A stretch of 26,414 nucleotides of DNA, taken from a virus (lineage: Duplodnaviria; Heunggongvirae; Uroviricota; Caudoviricetes). The DNA lies in IMG/VR virus record IMGVR_UViG_2537561991_000013, positions 1 to 26,414 of that record; one strand, written 5' to 3'. Both the position numbers and the translations under genes were made by a program. The notes below the pieces were generated by a model, which did no database searches, had not been told where the DNA came from, and worked only from the letters and a program-made list of their open reading frames with translations. Positions 18,742-26,414 of the stretch are shown here, one piece after another (position 1 is the stretch's first letter; each line of letters begins with the position of its first letter).

Positions 18742-19434
18742 TTATGCAAAACGGTGTAGTGTCATAGGCCAACTGACAATTACTTTTCCGTCAATGTGAA
18801 GTTGTTCGAAGTCTTCCGGTTCGATAGCCCAATCCTTGTAAGCTGGGTTGTCAGATATCACCGTTAGAGTATCTTTGATTTTTTGAAGTCTTTTGATGTG
18901 CGATGTTCCAGAGTATGTAAAGGCGTATATACCATCACCATTAAATGTGCGAACTGATACATCTACAAATACCAAGTCTTCAGGGTCTATTGTGCCTTTC
19001 ATACTGTCGCCGTGGGCGTTTATTGCTTTGATTGCTGATGCTGGTCTGCCGCCAAAAACTCTTGATGCGTATCCTGGTTCTATCGCTATAGATCTGACAA
19101 TATCAGGAAAATCAGAGTTATAACTACCAGGTCCGCAACTATATCTGATGTCTAAAACATCCACGACATACGAATCAGTAACCCAATCTTCAGAAATGTT
19201 ACGTATTTGGTGTGAGTCTGCAGAGGTCACGATTTCCATTGGGCCAACACCCGATGCGAGCCATTCCGGGTTAACGCCCAAAACTTTTGCTATTTCGACT
19301 GTTTTTCTGGAACCGTTGGCTTTGTTAAGTAGTTGATTAACACTGGACTGAGCCATACCCACTTCTTTGGCCAGCCTACCTTGCGTAAATTTTGCGTTGC
19401 GCATAGCTAAATCAAGTCGTTCTGAAAATGTCAT
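18742..19434 (-). CDS. CI-like prophage repressor (N-terminal XRE HTH, C-terminal S24 LexA-like peptidase domain)
   Basis: 230-aa ORF; N-terminal HTH (FTQGRLAKEVGMAQSSVNQLL), C-terminal GDSM serine motif and downstream lysine; divergent from a Cro-like gene. Confidence 0.8.
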   Translation of the reverse strand: MTFSERLDLAMRNAKFTQGRLAKEVGMAQSSVNQLLNKANGSRKTVEIAKVLGVNPEWLASGVGPMEIVTSADSHQIRNISEDWVTDSYVVDVLDIRYSCGPGSYNSDFPDIVRSIAIEPGYASRVFGGRPASAIKAINAHGDSMKGTIDPEDLVFVDVSVRTFNGDGIYAFTYSGTSHIKRLQKIKDTLTVISDNPAYKDWAIEPEDFEQLHIDGKVIVSWPMTLHRFA

Positions 19435-19466
19435 TGCGATTTTCCTCCCCTCTCTATCTTGGCTAG

Positions 19467-19486
19467 TTTATCGGCTTTCCGATAAA
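19467..19486. promoter_or_regulatory. operator-like palindrome TTTATCGG-CTTT-CCGATAAA in the cI/cro intergenic region
   Basis: Perfect 8-bp inverted repeat with a 4-bp spacer between the divergent repressor and Cro-like genes; related CGATAAA half-sites recur at 18640..18690. Confidence 0.5.
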
Positions 19487-19553
19487 TATTCTATGTTTAA
19501 CGTTGAATATCGCTTTTCCTGTTGTTATTATGCGTTCAATAGGAGATGCGATT

Positions 19554-19841
19554 ATGAAACATAAAGCCATAGAGAAAGCTATTGAGATTCTTGGAAGTCA
19601 GCAAGCCTTAGCCAAGCGATGCGGAAAGGCCCAGTCAACAGTCTGCGATTGGTTGAACTGCAAGAACAAGATTTCACCAGAATTTGTGCCGTTATTGGTT
19701 GCAGCTGTCGACGGAAAGATCCAAGCGTATGAATTTCGGCCAGACCTACCAGAGCTTTTTCCACATCCAAGCTTAGCGCGCACGGGGGAGGTGAAGGGCT
19801 TGTATGTCCCAGAATTACGTTCAGACAGAGATGCCATCTAG
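19554..19841 (+). CDS. Cro/YdaS-like small HTH regulator
   Basis: ATG at 19554 with AGGAG RBS at 8-nt spacing (ORF track starts at 19503); MKHKAIEKAIEILGSQQALAKRCGKAQSTVCDWLN... is an HTH; divergent from cI. Confidence 0.6.
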   Translation: MKHKAIEKAIEILGSQQALAKRCGKAQSTVCDWLNCKNKISPEFVPLLVAAVDGKIQAYEFRPDLPELFPHPSLARTGEVKGLYVPELRSDRDAI

Positions 19842-20112
19842 GTACTGCCAGGCAGACGAAGAGTGGATTCAGCAGCAGTTACAGGGGCTGCCTCCGTCAC
19901 TGAGACGGAAGGTTGCCCTGAAATATGCGGAGGTATACGAAATCACTTTTGACGCTGAGCCTGTTTCATTCCGCAAGGAGAACAGAGCAAGGCACGAAGC
20001 AAACACAAGGCTCCGCCTGTTTGTAAGAAATCAGGGCAGAGCTTTACAGGGGTATACAGCCGAACCTCCCCTGGCTGGATCGCAATCGCGCTCCTCACTG
20101 TTTCGGGTTTAA
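19804..20112 (+). CDS. hypothetical protein in the cII position; possibly a remnant
   Basis: 102-aa ORF overlapping the Cro-like gene; no motif assigned; followed by ~780 bp with no credible ORF. Confidence 0.3.
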   Translation: MSQNYVQTEMPSRYCQADEEWIQQQLQGLPPSLRRKVALKYAEVYEITFDAEPVSFRKENRARHEANTRLRLFVRNQGRALQGYTAEPPLAGSQSRSSLFRV

Positions 20113-20891
20113 AGGTACCCGAACAGAAGCAGGCTTAAAGGTGCCTGTTCAGGTTGGCAACCAACTGACCCAACTCCTCATGTGTACTAGGGAAGTAGTA
20201 CGTTTTTATGGGGAAGAGGGTAAGGGGGGTAAGGGGGGATTGGGTGTTGGGGCAGGAATAGGGTCTTTTCCAACAGGAGAGATCCATTGGTTAAGTAGAT
20301 CACTGTCTTAAGGGCGCAATTTAAAAAAACGCCCGTATCAGCAAGGTAGTACAAAGCGCTCAGGCGCTGAGAAACGAAAAGGGTTCTTCCTGGAAGAGTG
20401 ATTGAAGAGGTGTTCAGAGGTAAATGCACTGAATGTTATTCACGAACATATGAAGTGAATGCCACGCATGAAGAATTCACCGTTGAGTGTGTGATGAATA
20501 CTGATAAATGCCGAATGGTATCCGCTGAATTACAGCCAGTGTGTTGAGCGACCTTATTATCCATGCGCGGTATTGTCGCCGTATTCCTGCATTAACAGAG
20601 ACCGCAGCCCGACAGGGAGACTCCTCTGCGAGAGTGTGCGGGGATAATCAAAAACGATACACACCGGGGTTTACCGCGTAAACGGAGCGCGGCGTTGTCC
20701 CCTCATGGTCGCTGGTCCGGTGCGATGGTGGAAGAAACCGGACGATGTGTTACCTCGCAAACTCTGTTATGTCATGTGTCTGATTTGTGATTTAAGTCGG
20801 ATAATTGTCATTGCCATTAAGCAGAGGATTGATGACCGACAGGGCTGCATTGTTAGAATAAGACTTATTCTTATCTATGCCGGGAATAAAA

Positions 20892-21218
20892 ATGAAAAGA
20901 AATCTTCCGTTAATTATTTTGTTGTCTTCTTTGGTTATGGGCTGTACGCAACATAAAACAGATATGCCTCGACAGTTGGTTAAGGCATTACCACAATATC
21001 CGGCCTATGCCGCGGCAAATTATATAAAGGGACGGGTTGATGTGAAGTTTGATATTGGTGCTGATGGTACTGTCACCCGAATTGAGTTTATCCGTTCAGA
21101 GCCGCACCATCTGTTTGATGAGCAGGTTGTAAAGGCGATGGCAAAATGGCGATTTGAGAAGGACAAGCCGCGTAAAGGCGTGAAGAAAACATTTATCTTT
21201 AGTCCTTCAGCACCCTGA
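20892..21218 (+). CDS. lipoprotein with a TonB C-terminal-like domain
   Basis: Start at ATG 20892 (MKRNLPLIILLSSLVMGC...) giving a lipoprotein signal and lipobox, Thr at +2; mature part PQYPAYAAANYIKGRVDVKFDIGADGTVTRIEFIRSEP...AMAKWRF parallels TonB CTD ([38 protein letters not shown]...AMRRWRY). Confidence 0.55.
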   Translation: MKRNLPLIILLSSLVMGCTQHKTDMPRQLVKALPQYPAYAAANYIKGRVDVKFDIGADGTVTRIEFIRSEPHHLFDEQVVKAMAKWRFEKDKPRKGVKKTFIFSPSAP

Positions 21219-21689
21219 TTATTTTATCAGAAGTTAATTATCACTCTGTTGCTATTCAGTACATCCCTGCAGGGTAAAGTCTTGTTTCGCCGGATATGAA
21301 GATGAAATATTGTTAGAAGACAGTAGCTACCGGTTCCTGTAACCGAACGTTCATTTCTCGTTATTTTTCATGCTGGCCGGGCGCAGGTGCTTTGCATCTG
21401 TTGCCAGCCTTCTCCTGCAGGCTTCAATAACCCATGCCGAAAAATTACCCGATCCCTTACGTTCAAGGGCAATATGGATTTGATTAATCATCTGGTTTGG
21501 GAAGCTTTATTTTTTGATGACATTGTGTTTTTCCGTGTTCAGTGCTGCTGATTTGTATTGTCTTAAGATGTCTTTACGTTAAGTTGACACAGATCAATTA
21601 ATGCATGACTTGGACAAAATTGATTATTTGTCGTGGTTTTATGGTGTACGTGGGATGTGTGATGGTATTTATATAAATGATAATTATTA

Positions 21690-21917
21690 TCATTTGTTGG
21701 GTCCTTTCCGGCGATCCGGCAGGCTACGGGGCGGCGACCTCGCGGGTTTTCGCTATTTATGAAAATTTTCCGGTTTAAGGCGTTTCCGTTCTTCTTCGTC
21801 GTAACTTAATGTTTTTATTTAAAATACCCCCTGAAAAGAAAGGAAACGACAGGTGCTGAAAACGAACTTTTGGGCCTTTGTCGTTTCCTTTCTCTGTTTT
21901 TGGCCGTGGAATGAACA
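21690..21917 (+). other. cos region (cosN cohesive-end site at 21728..21739, GGGCGGCGACCT, with flanking cosQ/cosB)
   Basis: Sequence across 21695..21917 matches the lambda right-end/left-end junction as I recall it (...GGTCCTTTCCGGCGATCC...ACG | GGGCGGCGACCTCGCGGGTTTTCGCTATTTATGAAAATTTTCCGG...) with a few substitutions, immediately upstream of nu1. Confidence 0.8.
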
Positions 21918-22437
21918 ATGGAAGTCAACAAAAAGCAGCTGGCTGACATTTTCGGTGCGAGTATCCGTACCATTCAGAACTGGCAGGAACAGGGAATGCC
22001 CGTTCTGCGAGGCGGTGGCAAGGGTAATGAGGTGCTTTATGACTCTGCCGCCGTCATAAAATGGTATGCCGAAAGGGATGCTGAAATTGAGAACGAAAAG
22101 CTGCGCCGGGAGGTTGAAGAACTGCGGCAGGCCAGCGAGGCAGATCTCCAGCCAGGAACTATTGAGTACGAACGCCATCGACTTACGCGTGCGCAGGCCG
22201 ACGCACAGGAACTGAAGAATGCCAGAGACTCCGCTGAAGTGGTGGAAACCGCATTCTGTACTTTCGTGTTGTCGCGGATCGCAGGTGAAATTGCCAGTAT
22301 TCTCGACGGGCTCCCCCTGTCGGTGCAGCGGCGTTTTCCGGAACTGGAAAACCGACATGTTGATTTCCTGAAACGGGATATCATCAAAGCCATGAACAAA
22401 GCAGCCGCGCTGGATGAACTGATACCGGGGTTGCTGA

Positions 22438-22463
<26 letters not shown>
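21918..22463 (+). CDS. nu1: terminase small subunit (lambda Nu1)
   Basis: 181-aa ORF MEVNKKQLADIFGASIRTIQNWQEQGMPVLRGGGKGNEVLYD... recognised as lambda gpNu1; position right after cos. Confidence 0.9.
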
Positions 22464-26144
<3,681 letters not shown>

Positions 26145-26164
<20 letters not shown>

Positions 26165-26414
26165 TCTCCCGCATATTGCCAGCATGGCCTTTAATGAGCC
26201 GCTGATGCTTGAACCCGCCTATGCGCGGGTTTTCTTTTGTGCGCTTGCAGGCCAGCTTGGGATCAGCCGCCTGACGGATGCGGTGTCCGGCGACAGCCTG
26301 ACTGCCCAGGAGGCACTCGCGACGCTGGCATTATCCGGTGATGATGACGGACCACGACAGGCCCGCAGTTATCAGGTCATGAACGGCATCGCCGTGCTGC
26401 CGGTGTCCGGCACG
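26145..26414 (+). CDS. C: head protease/scaffold (lambda gpC), 5-prime part only; continues past the window end
   Basis: GTG start at 26145 with AGGAGGAG RBS; translation (M)TAELRNLPHIASMAFNEPLMLEPAYARVFF... recognised as the lambda gpC N-terminus. Confidence 0.85.

Noticed and set aside
20187-20429. 80-aa minus-strand ORF in the G-rich remnant
   Set aside because: Low-complexity proline/tyrosine-rich translation produced by the G-tract repeats; no start context; the region looks non-coding.
20805-20878. Confident Fur box upstream of the TonB-CTD lipoprotein gene
   Set aside because: The palindromes are AT-rich and hexamer-like but match the 19-bp Fur consensus only partially; kept as a low-confidence note inside the lipoprotein finding rather than as a feature.

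Overview
Enterobacterial (E. coli-like) chromosome segment: the core genes gabD (partial), lhgO and csiD on the minus strand, followed by a mosaic accessory region. All calls rest on reading the sequence and ORF translations against recalled protein families and phage lambda; no database search was run. Left to right: (1) a 5-prime-truncated GH13 alpha-amylase-family gene fragment abutting a complete IS3 (1258 bp, no target-site duplication); (2) an AT-rich island carrying a two-gene operon for a cytoplasmic histidine-kinase-like protein and a receiver-domain protein with a large unassigned C-terminal domain, a small membrane protein and a P4-type integrase; (3) a ~36-bp copy of the 3-prime end of ssrA (tmRNA), an att-type junction between two integrated elements; (4) a lambdoid prophage with an unassigned two-gene cassette at its int-proximal end, integrase/excisionase, an early-left operon (frameshifted DnaN-like gene, ORF6N-like protein, SPFH lipoprotein plus small membrane protein), CI-like repressor and divergent Cro-like gene, then an ~0.8 kb non-coding stretch where replication, Q and lysis genes would be expected, a TonB-C-terminal-domain lipoprotein, and a cos site with nu1-A-W-B-C that matches lambda as I recall it. 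The most interesting candidate for an undescribed system is the kinase/receiver-effector pair; the att-proximal two-gene cassette and the TonB-CTD lipoprotein are the next leads. No CRISPR array, rRNA or intact tRNA/tmRNA gene was seen.
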